From an uncultured Opitutaceae bacterium (GTDB lineage Bacteria > Verrucomicrobiota > Verrucomicrobiia > Opitutales > Opitutaceae), in NCBI GenBank assembly GCA_937958045.1, contig CALFXL010000028.1:19992-83991 (forward strand): 64,000 nt of DNA, given 5' to 3'. The notes under the pieces are model-generated. The model made no database searches and had not been told where the DNA came from. It worked only from the letters and a program-made list of their open reading frames with translations. Shown one piece after another: positions 30,813-43,568 of the stretch. The position numbers and the translations under genes are program-made. The first letter of the stretch is position 1; every line of letters starts with the position of its first letter.

Positions 30813-30969
30813 GATGTCGGGATAGTGCGCCGGTCGGGGCGTCAGTTCCGCTGAAAGAAAACGATACGCAACGCGCGCTGAACGGGCGGTTGACGCCGGT
30901 GAGCGTTCCCAATCTCGTCTGAACATTGCGGCGAGGAGGCGGTCTTTTTTCGAACCCCACATCCCCATT

Positions 30970-31422
30970 ATGTTTCTTGATTCACTCAGACGCTTTGGCG
31001 CGATCGCGGTGTTCGCGATTTTATCCGTCGGCGGTGCAACCGCGCAGACGTTTTCTGGAACGACGTTGATCGACTTCGATGCAGCCGGTTACGCGAACTA
31101 CACGCTCTCGTTTCAGGCGGTGGTGACCGTCGGTGAGAATGGCTTGGCCACGGCTTATGCGGGATATGGCGATTTCGCGGAGATGTCGTACGGGAGCCAC
31201 GGCGAGGCCGGAGTGGGCATCGTTTTGGAAAACATCCAAAAAGTCGGCGGCCAATGGGTCGCGGCGACGGCGACGGTATCGGTTTACGATGCGGAAACCC
31301 AGGAGTACGAAACGTCGGTCTTTTATTCAGTGGCGCTCGATGCGGCCGGGGAAGTTTTCGGCGAAGCGGAGTTTGAAGACGACTCCGTGATCGCGGTTCG
31401 CGGCACGCTGACCGGTTTCTGA
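30970..31422 (+). CDS. Secreted acidic beta-rich hypothetical protein
   Basis: Signal peptide ending ATA-Q; coherent codon use; followed by a terminator hairpin. Confidence 0.7.
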   Translation: MFLDSLRRFGAIAVFAILSVGGATAQTFSGTTLIDFDAAGYANYTLSFQAVVTVGENGLATAYAGYGDFAEMSYGSHGEAGVGIVLENIQKVGGQWVAATATVSVYDAETQEYETSVFYSVALDAAGEVFGEAEFEDDSVIAVRGTLTGF

Positions 31423-31442
31423 GCGGCGGACTTTCCAAAAAC

Positions 31443-31485
31443 ACAAGCCGGGTCACGCATCGAAGCGCGGCCCGGCTTGTTGTTT
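31443..31485. terminator. Terminator hairpin between convergent genes
   Basis: ACAAGCCGGG (31443-31452) pairs with CCCGGCTTGT (31471-31480), followed by TGTTT. Confidence 0.7.
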
Positions 31486-31518
31486 AGCATGCGTCGCGCG
31501 AAGGCGGCGCGGGAAGGG

Positions 31519-32037
31519 TTATTTTTTAGCGACGTTAAACAGTGTGCCGATCAGGTGGACGTTGTCCGTCAAATCTTCGACATCGATGCCGGTGATACTG
31601 AAGAGGCCGGACGTTTTTGCAAACTTGCCCGTGCCACCCGTGACCAGCAGCAGGCCGGTGAAAGGCCGCGGATAGTCGAGGCCGACTTGGATCAAGTGCA
31701 CGCTGACCTCGAGATCGCCGCCGGGCAGATGCAACGCGCCCGAACCCTCGATGAAGGTCGTGCCGGTGTTGAAATCGATATTGGCGACATACGCGAGATG
31801 ACCGGTGAACGCCCCGAGGCCGGAGAGTTTGCCGGTTTGCTCGGCGAGGATGGAAAGCGTGCCGTCAGGATTCTCCTGCAAATCCACGAGCGTGGACTGC
31901 GCGGCTCCTTGGGTAATAACGATGTTTTTGGGGAGAAGCGGAGAGCCGAACGCGAGGCTGGAAATCGTGAGGGCGACAATAACGCTCAGCGCGCGAAAGG
32001 CGGAGCGGAAGGGTGAGGTTGAGCGAATAACGTTCAT
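31519..32037 (-). CDS. Secreted protein with dirigent/allene-oxide-cyclase-like beta-barrel
   Basis: Signal peptide; alternating beta pattern with LLVTGGTGKFAKTSG motif. Confidence 0.6.
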   Translation of the reverse strand: MNVIRSTSPFRSAFRALSVIVALTISSLAFGSPLLPKNIVITQGAAQSTLVDLQENPDGTLSILAEQTGKLSGLGAFTGHLAYVANIDFNTGTTFIEGSGALHLPGGDLEVSVHLIQVGLDYPRPFTGLLLVTGGTGKFAKTSGLFSITGIDVEDLTDNVHLIGTLFNVAKK

Positions 32038-32173
32038 GGTTGGGGAAAAGCGAGGCCGCTTGGACCCGAATTCCCCCGCGTAGTTCGCGCGTGTGCTTCG
32101 AATGATGCAGCGCAATTTGCCCGCTCGCGAAATGAGCTCTCTACGCACACTTCGCGAACACGGGCGGTGTTGG

Positions 32174-33085
32174 TTACACCAATGTCTTCACAAGCTCTTC
32201 CCGATCGCCGGGAAGAAGATCCATCGGGGCGATCTCGGGCATGGTGTAAGCGCCGGGACGCAGCCGGAGCGCCGCCGCACGCGCGCACGACACCATGATC
32301 TGCGCTGTGAGCGCAGGGTTGTTGATCGTCATGCGGAACTCAAAGAGCTGGTTGTGCGTGGTGCCGCTGACGCCCTTGCGCTCCATGCGCACGCCGTGGC
32401 CGACGTCCTTGAGCGCATCGATGCTCGGGACGGCGAACACGCGCGTGTCGTCGTTGACGAAATAGTCGTCGGACTTGATCGCCTTTTCGACGGTTGCGAA
32501 ATCCGCGCCGGGCTCGAGCTCCACATAAACCATGCGACGGTGCACGCCGGTGCCGGTCGGGATGGTCATCGAGAGCGCGTCTTTTACGCCGGGTTTGCTC
32601 TTCGCACAAACCGAGTGGCCCATGCTCATGCCGGGACCAAAATTGGTGTAAGTGATACCGCGGGGTGCCATCGCGAGCAGGAGGGCGCGGAGGACGGAAT
32701 CGCTGCCCGGATCCCAGCCCGAAGAAATGACGGCGACGCTGTTGTGCTCTTTGCCGATCGCATCGAGCGACTGGCGAAGATCCCAAAGTTTTTGGCCGTG
32801 AATATCGAAGCTGTCGACGGTGTGGATGCCCTTGCGCAGATAGAGCGGCGCGGTCTCGGGAATGCTGCGCGTGGGGCCGCAGAGGAGCGCGGCGTCCACT
32901 TTGCCGAGCGCTTCGACTTGGTCGGAAATGGTGACGTCCGCGAGTTCGGGCGGAACCTCAGACTTGGACGCGTTGCGGCGGATGACGCCGGCGAGCTCCA
33001 TGTCGGGGGCGGCTTGGACGGCTTCGACGGCGGAACGGCCGATATTGCCGTAGCCGACGACTGCGATGCGAAGGGTTTTGCTCAT
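32174..33085 (-). CDS. ddh: meso-Diaminopimelate dehydrogenase
   Basis: IAVVGYGNIG, TVDSFDIHG, SSGWDPGSDS, TNFGPGMSMGH, NPALTAQIMV. Confidence 0.95.
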   Translation of the reverse strand: MSKTLRIAVVGYGNIGRSAVEAVQAAPDMELAGVIRRNASKSEVPPELADVTISDQVEALGKVDAALLCGPTRSIPETAPLYLRKGIHTVDSFDIHGQKLWDLRQSLDAIGKEHNSVAVISSGWDPGSDSVLRALLLAMAPRGITYTNFGPGMSMGHSVCAKSKPGVKDALSMTIPTGTGVHRRMVYVELEPGADFATVEKAIKSDDYFVNDDTRVFAVPSIDALKDVGHGVRMERKGVSGTTHNQLFEFRMTINNPALTAQIMVSCARAAALRLRPGAYTMPEIAPMDLLPGDREELVKTLV

Positions 33086-33230
33086 GGGATCGAACACTCA
33101 AACGCACGGCCGCACACTTGGAAAGTCCGCAGTCGATTTGGGGGTTAATGAAAAACACCCGGCCGCGCGAACGACCGGGTGTGATGACGCAAGAACGCAC
33201 CGTGTTACGCGGGTGCGGAAGGGAGGCGCA

Positions 33231-34592
33231 TTAAGGCGCGACGAATTGCCAATGCTGATTCTGGCTGGAGCCATCGCTCCAGAACTCCACCACGGCGCCG
33301 TTCGTATTGGCGCCGCCGGTATCGAGGCATTTGGCGTTGGCGCGATTGATGAGTTTATAATAACCGGAGCCGACCGCGGTGATGGTCCACTGCTGATTAA
33401 AGCTCGGTGAATTGCTCCATTGAGCGACCGGTGTGTCGTTGGCGGAATTGTTTACGCTATCGAGATATTTCCCGCCGGTGACACAGCTGATTTTATAATA
33501 ACCATTGCTGAACGAAACATTCCAACGCTGGTTGTTACTGGCGCTGGATGACCATTGGGCGACGGTCGCGCCATCGGCGGTGGAGCCGAGATTGTCGAGA
33601 TAACGCCCGGTGACCCGATTGCGGATTTTATACGTGCCGTTGGCGATCGGTTGAGGCGAAGGCATATTCACACCAGCGGCCACCGGCCAGCCATTGCTCC
33701 AGCTCACAGTGGTGATGCGCAGCTTGGCATTTCCATTATCGTTTCCGTCGTAGAAATGATACGTGAGTTTTCCCTCGCCGATACCGACATGACCGGGGCC
33801 GATGTAGCGACCGTCGCGATTCGGCAGGAAGGTGCTGCCGCCGTTGTTGAGCAAACTCACGCCGTTTTTATCGAGATAAGGGCCTGTGATGGAGGTCGAT
33901 CGGCCAACTTGTGTATAATACGAGCTGCTGGTGCCGCTGCAGCAAAGACCGCGTTGAAAGAATAGATAATAATAACTGCCGTTCTTCACCAAATACGGTG
34001 CTTCGACATCGCCCGGGACGAGCAGCCAGCGGCTGGTGCCTTGGCGAAGTCCGGTGGACGGATTGAGCTGGATGAGGTCGATGCCCGATTGCCAGTTGCC
34101 ATAGGTCATCCAGAGATTGTTTCCATCACGCAGGATGGCGGGATCGATGGCATTGTTGGCGGCGACGATCAGACCGCGATCGGTCCAAGGGCCGGCGAGA
34201 TTGGGCGCCGTGGCGAGGCCGATGGCGGCTGCTGCGCCACTGCCGGCACATGAATAATACAAGTAATATTGATTATTCATATAGATCACATCCGGCGCCC
34301 AGAATTGGCCGTTGAAATTATTGACGTAGTTATTGATCCAGCCCGGCCAAGTGCCGACCGGGAAAACAGTGTTTTCCACACGCCAGTCGGAGAAGTTGGC
34401 GTTGCTGGACGACATCGCCCAAACGCCGTTGCCGGTGGTGAATATCCAGTAACGTCCATCGGTGTTGCGGACCATCGTGGAGGGATCGTGGCTAGGTGGC
34501 TGGGCGTGGAGCAGGCCGGTGCCGAGCGCTAGCAAAAAAAGCCAGGCGAGGAGGCGGCGGATAAGCGGTGGGGTAGTGACTGATGCTTTCAT
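33231..34592 (-). CDS. GH43 endo-arabinanase-like enzyme with C-terminal ricin-type beta-trefoil (CBM13)
   Basis: HDPS, WAPDV, AIDPA, EAPY catalytic motifs; three QxW repeats (NQRW, NQQW, NQHW). Confidence 0.9.
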   Translation of the reverse strand: MKASVTTPPLIRRLLAWLFLLALGTGLLHAQPPSHDPSTMVRNTDGRYWIFTTGNGVWAMSSSNANFSDWRVENTVFPVGTWPGWINNYVNNFNGQFWAPDVIYMNNQYYLYYSCAGSGAAAAIGLATAPNLAGPWTDRGLIVAANNAIDPAILRDGNNLWMTYGNWQSGIDLIQLNPSTGLRQGTSRWLLVPGDVEAPYLVKNGSYYYLFFQRGLCCSGTSSSYYTQVGRSTSITGPYLDKNGVSLLNNGGSTFLPNRDGRYIGPGHVGIGEGKLTYHFYDGNDNGNAKLRITTVSWSNGWPVAAGVNMPSPQPIANGTYKIRNRVTGRYLDNLGSTADGATVAQWSSSASNNQRWNVSFSNGYYKISCVTGGKYLDSVNNSANDTPVAQWSNSPSFNQQWTITAVGSGYYKLINRANAKCLDTGGANTNGAVVEFWSDGSSQNQHWQFVAP

Positions 34593-34959
34593 GACTTTTG
34601 GGGTGATTCGGCGAGCGGGGTAGTGCCGGAAGCGACGTCTCGCCGGCCATCGCGGCCGGTTGTCACCCCTTCATGCGCTGTCTCGAGTCAAAACCCGTCA
34701 TCGTGAAGATGCGTGCGTAAGTTTTCCGGTGGACGTATCGGTGAAAAATCGGACGGCCGGGGACGAACCGGGATCCTCCCGGATGCTTGGCGTCCCGAAA
34801 TTGTATCGAGTTTTTCAATACCACGGGAACGTGGTGATTGCGCGTAGCGTTCGCGGACACGCCTCTTACGGTACGACGTCCGACGTTCTCTGTTGAGTGG
34901 CGTAAACACGCATCTCGTGATGCCTTTCCGCGTCTTTGTTACGTGGGCGATGCCCTTAG

Positions 34960-37998
<3,039 letters not shown>

Positions 37999-38145
37999 TC
38001 GGTTGCGCCTCCACTTTGTGGAAACAGCCGCAGGCTTCAACGGCATGGCGGTTGTGTTGACCAGCGATCGATTGACGCCCAACCGTCCATCAACCGCGCG
38101 TGATGTCGCGCGCGGCGCTTTCACCCCAATCAACCCGGAGCCATT

Positions 38146-38787
38146 ATGAGAATGTCGCACGCGGAGCGTGAGTATTTCCTCACGGTCGCAACAGCAGGAA
38201 CTCGTTATTTGGAATACGGGTCAGGCGGCAGCACCAAGCTGGCTGTGCAGTTGTCGAATCTGCGTCACATCGTGTCCGTCGAATCGGATCCAAACTACAT
38301 CTCGAATCATGTGCGCGATGACGACGTCGTGCGCGGGGCGGAGGCGGATGGTCGTTTGCGTTTTTTGATCATCGATATCGGCTCGACAGGGGAGTGGGGA
38401 CATCCGCGCGACGAATCGAAAAAATACCTTTGGCCCAATTACGCGCTCGCTCCGTATCTCGCGGGCGAACGTCCTGACACGATTCTGATCGACGGGCGTT
38501 TTCGGGTGGCGTGCGGATTGGTCGCTGCGCTCGAGGTTCCGGCCGCGCGTGTGCTCGTGCATGATTACACGGATCGCCGGCAGTATCATTTGTTGGAGGA
38601 ATTTTTCACCGTCGTGCGTCGCGTCGATACGCTCGTGGAGCTCGCGCGGAAACAGATCTTCGACGCGGGGCGGGCGCAGGCTTTGTTGAAAAAATATCTC
38701 TACGCGCCCGCAGACGCGCCCCAGACGCTCACCTTGCGCGCGCGCAGTCGTGCGCGGGTTTTGCGGCAACGACTTTTGCACTTATGA
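38146..38787 (+). CDS. Class I SAM-dependent methyltransferase-like protein
   Basis: YLEYGSGGST, SVESD, ILIDGRFRVAC, VHDY. Confidence 0.7.
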   Translation: MRMSHAEREYFLTVATAGTRYLEYGSGGSTKLAVQLSNLRHIVSVESDPNYISNHVRDDDVVRGAEADGRLRFLIIDIGSTGEWGHPRDESKKYLWPNYALAPYLAGERPDTILIDGRFRVACGLVAALEVPAARVLVHDYTDRRQYHLLEEFFTVVRRVDTLVELARKQIFDAGRAQALLKKYLYAPADAPQTLTLRARSRARVLRQRLLHL

Positions 38788-38803
38788 TAAGCGGAATTCG
38801 CGC

Positions 38804-39190
38804 ATGAGTGTGCACGTCGTACGTCTCGGAACGCCCCGCTTGCCTGGTGAAGGTCTTCGCATCGGCACGGTGCGACGTCCGCCGCGCGGTGTGCCGAAGG
38901 CGAAGTTTTCATCGGGCAACTGGTACGACGTGTGGTTTCCGAATCTGGCGCCGTCGCCCGCCACGATGGCGATCGCGCTCAAAGGGAAAACCGATGCCGA
39001 TTGGGCGCGGTTCGCGCGGAAGTACAAAGCCGAGATGGCCACGCCCGCGGCGCGCCACGATCTGCAGTTGCTGGCGGCGCTGTCGCATACGACGGATTTT
39101 TCGGTCGGCTGTTATTGCGAAAACGAAGCGCGCTGCCACCGCTCGCTCTTGCGTGAGTTGTTGCAGGAAAACGGCGCTGCGCTCGCCTGA
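38804..39190 (+). CDS. DUF488/YeaO-family protein
   Basis: GLRIGTVRRPPRGV, WFPNLAPS, FARKYKAEM, VGCYCENEARCHRSLL. Confidence 0.85.
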   Translation: MSVHVVRLGTPRLPGEGLRIGTVRRPPRGVPKAKFSSGNWYDVWFPNLAPSPATMAIALKGKTDADWARFARKYKAEMATPAARHDLQLLAALSHTTDFSVGCYCENEARCHRSLLRELLQENGAALA

Positions 39191-39247
39191 ACGGGTCGCT
39201 TATTTTTCCGTGCGTTTGGCGGATTCTGCGGCATGGTATGTGTTTCC

Positions 39248-40519
39248 ATGTCCGATCTCGCCCAACTCGTCACATCCATCGCTCAACGCGCCCGCGCGGC
39301 GTCGCTTGTCCTGGCGACGACCCCGACTGCGCAAAAAAACGCGGCGCTCTCCCGTCTGGCCGAATTGATCGAGCAATCGCATGAACCGATTCTCGCGGCC
39401 AACGCCAAGGACCTTGCTGAAGCGGAAGCGAACGGACTGACGAAAGCGCAGATCGAGCGCCTCACGCTCAATCCCCAGCGTCTGGCCTTGCTTGCGGAGA
39501 GCGTGCGCCAGGTGGTCGCGCTGCCCGATCCGGTCGGCGAGCTTTTGGACGAAACGACGCGCCCCAACGGTTTGCGCATCCGCCGCGTACGCGTGCCCAT
39601 CGGCGTGATCGGCATCATTTATGAAGCGCGCCCGAACGTGACGATCGATTGCGCGATTCTCTGTTTGAAGAGTGGTAACGCGGCGATCCTTCGCGGCGGC
39701 AAAGAAATTTTCCACACCAACACCGCGCTCGCGACCTTGATCACGCAGGCGCTTGAGCACGCGGGCATCCCCGGCGATGCGGTGCAGCTCATTCCCACGA
39801 CCGATCGCGCGGCGCTCAATACGCTGCTCACGCTTGATCAATACGTGCACTGCATCATCCCGCGCGGTGGCGAGGGGCTCATCCGTTTTGTCGCCGAAAA
39901 CGCGACCATTCCCGTCATCAAGCACTACAACGGCATCTGCTTCGTCTATCTCGACAAAGCCGCCGATCCCGCGCTCGCCGAGACGATCACCGTCAACGCC
40001 AAGGCGCAGCGCGTCTCCGTCTGCAACGCCGCCGAACAGCTCTTGGTTCATCGTGACGTGGCCGCGTCGCTCCTGCCGCGCGTGGCGCGTGCGCTTCGGG
40101 CGAAAAACGTCGAACTGCGCTGCGACATCGCGAGCGCGGCGATTCTCACGCACGAAAATATTCCCTCCACGCTCGCGACCGATGCGGATTATCGCACCGA
40201 GTTTCTCGATTACGTGATCGCCGTGCGCATCGTGGATTCGCTCGAGTCGGCCATCACCATCATCAATCGCGACAGCTCCGCACACAGCGATGCGATCGTG
40301 ACGACGGATGAAACCGCGGCCCGCCGCTTCCAAGCCGGCGTCGATAGCGCGGCGGTGTTTTGGAACGCATCGACCCGTTTCAACGACGGTTTCGAGTTTG
40401 GTTTCGGCGCCGAGATCGGCATCAGCACGGATCGCCTCCACGCACGCGGGCCGATGGGTCTGCGCGAGCTGTGCACCTATAAATTCCTCGTCGATGGCAC
40501 CGGTCAGGTGCGAGGTTGA
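39248..40519 (+). CDS. proA: Gamma-glutamyl phosphate reductase
   Basis: VPIGVIGIIYEARPNVT, KSGNAAILRGGKE, IPRGG, VCNAAE, NASTRFNDG, EIGISTDRLHARGPMGL. Confidence 0.97.
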   Translation: MSDLAQLVTSIAQRARAASLVLATTPTAQKNAALSRLAELIEQSHEPILAANAKDLAEAEANGLTKAQIERLTLNPQRLALLAESVRQVVALPDPVGELLDETTRPNGLRIRRVRVPIGVIGIIYEARPNVTIDCAILCLKSGNAAILRGGKEIFHTNTALATLITQALEHAGIPGDAVQLIPTTDRAALNTLLTLDQYVHCIIPRGGEGLIRFVAENATIPVIKHYNGICFVYLDKAADPALAETITVNAKAQRVSVCNAAEQLLVHRDVAASLLPRVARALRAKNVELRCDIASAAILTHENIPSTLATDADYRTEFLDYVIAVRIVDSLESAITIINRDSSAHSDAIVTTDETAARRFQAGVDSAAVFWNASTRFNDGFEFGFGAEIGISTDRLHARGPMGLRELCTYKFLVDGTGQVRG

Positions 40520-40620
40520 CGCACCGGGTGCGTAAGTCGCGCGCCCAAGGTGATTTTCCCGTATTGGACTCCCGAGAATTTTTCCTAAACAAGCTGCGCG
40601 AACAGGTGTCAGTGTTCATC

Positions 40621-41256
40621 ATGGCCACGAGCAAACCACTCCCGATCATTCTGGCCGCGTGCCTGACGGCATCCGCTGTGGCACAAACGCCGGAACAAGC
40701 CCCCGAACAACCCCCGGCGTCGGAGCAATCGTCGACGACCACCACCACGACGCGCACGCGTGGCATTTCCCGCGAAGCCTCCGCCGCGCTCTCGGCCGCC
40801 TATCGTTATCAACCGCCGCCGCCCGAGCCGGAAGAAACCGATGAAGACTTGGACATGCGCGAAGTGGATCGTCCGCGCAACGAGATCATCCGACTGCCGC
40901 GTTATCTCGTCGAAGAGCAGCGTCCGCCCATTTTCTCCGAACAAAATCTCTACAACCGTCAGCAGCTCGAGAAGCTCGCCGCGCAGCGTTACCTCAGTGA
41001 ATTCCACCGCAACATGCTGAGCCGCTACCGCATCGGTCGCGAAGACCAGGCCTTTGCGCAGTTGATGTATCAGGAGAATCAGCGTTTGCAGTCGCTCTCC
41101 ACGTTTGGCCAGCAAGCCTCGCTCTACCGCGCGGCTGGCGATGAAGAAAAAGCCGACGCTGTGGAAGAGCAGGCGAACTCGAGTTTTGTGCGCCAGCCCG
41201 ATGTCGGCACGACGCGCCTGCCCGGAGCACCTTTCGGAATCCAGCAACCGCGCTGA
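40621..41256 (+). CDS. Secreted hypothetical protein
   Basis: Signal peptide ending AVA-Q, Pro/Thr-rich linker, IIRLPRYLVEE segment. Confidence 0.7.
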   Translation: MATSKPLPIILAACLTASAVAQTPEQAPEQPPASEQSSTTTTTTRTRGISREASAALSAAYRYQPPPPEPEETDEDLDMREVDRPRNEIIRLPRYLVEEQRPPIFSEQNLYNRQQLEKLAAQRYLSEFHRNMLSRYRIGREDQAFAQLMYQENQRLQSLSTFGQQASLYRAAGDEEKADAVEEQANSSFVRQPDVGTTRLPGAPFGIQQPR

Positions 41257-41398
41257 GTCTCGATCGCGGCGGCGTGTTCAGTTTTTTCGCCGTTTTTCCA
41301 TCCCAAAATATCGCAACGGGCTGGTTTCAAACGATCGTGGGAAAACCTGCCGCCGTGCTTGCCGCGCGCGTGCCAGTGCTATTTACCCGTGGCCTCCG

Positions 41399-42988
41399 AT
41401 GGAAACATTTCTGATCGAAGTGCCCGTGCCCTCAATGGGTGCAACCGTCAACGAACTCACGGTGATCGATATCGTGGTGCAACCCGGCATGACCGTGACC
41501 AAAGGTCAGAAGCTGGCGGAGCTCGAAAGCGATAAGTCGGTCTTCGAATTTGAATCGCCCTGCGCTGGCACCATCCGGGAGGTGATCGGCCGCGCGGGCG
41601 ATATCCTGACGACCGGCGCGCCTTTCCTGCGCATCGAAACCGCCGACGCGTCGTTAAAACACCTCGAGGTCTCCGGCGCCACCGCCGCGGCCCACGCGCC
41701 CGTGGCTGCGCCCTCCGCGCCCGCTCCGATGAAAACCGCACCGACACCCGCTGCGCGTCCGGCTCCCGTGCATCGACCGGCCCCAGTGTCGGCTCCCGCG
41801 GCCAACGGACTTCTTTGGACGCCCCGCGCGACCAAACTCGCGCGAGAGGCGGGACTCGATCCGGCCACGATCACGGACATCGAAGCCACGGGCCCGGGCG
41901 GACGTGTTTCCGGCGACGATGTCGCGCGCTATTTGGAAACGCACAAAACCGCTCCCGCCGCCGCTCCGGCCGCGGCTGTTGGCGAAACGGCGGCTCCCGC
42001 GACCGAGACGGTTTGCATCGCAGGTGTCGGCTACGCGATTCCTTCGGGCATCCGCTCGAACAGCGAAATCTTGAAGGCCTTTCCGGATATGACGGAGGCC
42101 GAGGTCATCAAACTCACCGGCATCCGCGAACGTCGTTACGCGGTCGCCGGCGAGACCGCGACGAGCCTCGCGACGACGGCCGTGCGCCGGGCGCTCGCGC
42201 AGGCCAACATGGATGTCCAGGAAATCGACGGCATCATCATGGCCACGCTCATTCCCGATCAACCGGTGCCTGCGATGGCGAGCGCGCTGGCCAAGGAACT
42301 GGGCATCCCACGCGCGTTGGCGTTTGATCTCAACGCGGCCTGCTCCGGCTGGCTCTACGCGCTGGAAGTCGGTCGTGCGTTCATCCACGCGGGAACGGCG
42401 AAAAAACTGCTCGTGGTCACGGCCGAGTTGTTGTCGCGCATCACCAATCCGCGCGATCACGGCACGGCGTTTCTCTTTGGCGACGGCGCGGGCGCGGCGA
42501 TTTTGACCGACGCTCCCGGCGGCCATCGTCTCGCGCGCATGGCGCTTTCGGGCGATGCGGATCAGTTTGCCGCGATCCAACGTCCGGGCGGCGGCGCCAA
42601 CCGGCCGTTCCCCGACCCGCAAGGCAAGGACCAGGAGGATTTCTTCCTGCAGATGAATGGTGGCGCGGTGTTCAAGCACGCCGTCATCGCGTTTGCGGAT
42701 CAGATCGAGGCGACCTTGAAACGCCACAACCTCAAGCCCGAGGACATCGCGTGGATCGTGCCGCATCAGGCCAACGAACGCATCCTGCGCGCGGTCGGAA
42801 AACGCGTGGGAATTCCTTACGAAAAGTTCGTCGTCACGATCGGCAAATACGGCAACACGTCGGCCGCGAGTGTCTCGATGGCGCTCGGCTGGGCGGCGGA
42901 AGAGCAGATCTTTAACGAAGGCGACAGGATCATCTTCTGCAGCGTCGGCGCCGGCCTGACCTTCGCGGGCGGTTTGCTTGTGTGGTGA
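41399..42988 (+). CDS. Fusion protein: lipoyl domain + peripheral subunit (E3/E1)-binding domain + beta-ketoacyl-ACP synthase III (FabH-like)
   Basis: VPSMG...AELESDKSVFEFESPCAGTI (lipoyl Lys46), Ala/Pro linkers, TPRATKLAREAGLD...TGPGGRVSGDDV, FabH triad AACSG (Cys315), PHQAN (His456), GNTSAAS (Asn486). Confidence 0.92.
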   Translation: METFLIEVPVPSMGATVNELTVIDIVVQPGMTVTKGQKLAELESDKSVFEFESPCAGTIREVIGRAGDILTTGAPFLRIETADASLKHLEVSGATAAAHAPVAAPSAPAPMKTAPTPAARPAPVHRPAPVSAPAANGLLWTPRATKLAREAGLDPATITDIEATGPGGRVSGDDVARYLETHKTAPAAAPAAAVGETAAPATETVCIAGVGYAIPSGIRSNSEILKAFPDMTEAEVIKLTGIRERRYAVAGETATSLATTAVRRALAQANMDVQEIDGIIMATLIPDQPVPAMASALAKELGIPRALAFDLNAACSGWLYALEVGRAFIHAGTAKKLLVVTAELLSRITNPRDHGTAFLFGDGAGAAILTDAPGGHRLARMALSGDADQFAAIQRPGGGANRPFPDPQGKDQEDFFLQMNGGAVFKHAVIAFADQIEATLKRHNLKPEDIAWIVPHQANERILRAVGKRVGIPYEKFVVTIGKYGNTSAASVSMALGWAAEEQIFNEGDRIIFCSVGAGLTFAGGLLVW

Positions 42989-43035
42989 GTGTTTTCTCGG
43001 CGGGAGGGGCGGAGGGCGGGCTGAGGAACAGAGGG

Positions 43036-43065
43036 CTCACGCAAAGGCGCGAAGGCGCAAAGAAA
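43036..43065 (+). repeat. Repeat arm upstream of the GxxExxY gene
   Basis: CTCACGCAAAGGCGCGAAGGCGCAAAGAAA; near-identical direct copy at 43538-43568 and inverted copy at 43491-43513. Confidence 0.8.
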
Positions 43066-43069
43066 ACTT

Positions 43070-43488
43070 ATGACGGAAAACGAGGTGGCGAGGGAGGTTG
43101 TGGATGTGGCTTATCATATCCATGTGGAGCTGGGGCCGGGTTTGTTGGAATCGGTGTACGAGGCCGTGCTGGCATCCGAGCTGGCTGGTCGCGGTTTATC
43201 CGTGGTCAGACAGCAGGCGGTGAGGATTGAATTCAACGGATTGAATTCAACGGATTGATTTTCGACGAGGGATTCAGAGCGGATCTGGTCGTGGAGAACC
43301 TCGTGATTGTTGAGCTCAAGTCTGTAGAGCAACTTCACCCCGTGCATAAAAAGCAGCTGAAGACATATCTGAAATTGTCCGGCAAGCGGCTGGGGCTGCT
43401 GATCAATTTTTGATCGGCTCTATTTAAGGACGGCGTGTCCCGCGTGGTGTTGGGACTTCCCGAAGGTAAGCCGGAGTTTTCTCCGTAA
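43070..43488 (+). pseudogene. GxxExxY-family PD-(D/E)xK nuclease, disrupted twice
   Basis: GPGLLESVY motif. Removing one copy of the 14-bp tandem duplication GGATTGAATTCAAC (43224-43251) restores FRADLVVE...IVELKSVE...GLLINF; a TGA at 43411-43413 then interrupts the frame before the natural TAA at 43486-43488. Confidence 0.9.
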
Positions 43489-43490
43489 CG

Positions 43491-43568
43491 TTGCGGCTTC
43501 GCGGCTTTGCGTGCGACCAGTCTGAAGTTCGGAATTGCTCACCCAAAGGCGCCGAAGGCGCAAAGAAA
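43491..43568. repeat. Inverted plus direct repeat arms downstream of the GxxExxY gene
   Basis: TTGCGGCTTCGCGGCTTTGCGTG (43491-43513) and CTCACCCAAAGGCGCCGAAGGCGCAAAGAAA (43538-43568). Confidence 0.75.

Noticed and set aside
43224-43258. 14-bp tandem repeat as a programmed or phase-variable switch
   Set aside because: A second, independent nonsense codon at 43411 means contraction alone would not restore the full gene.
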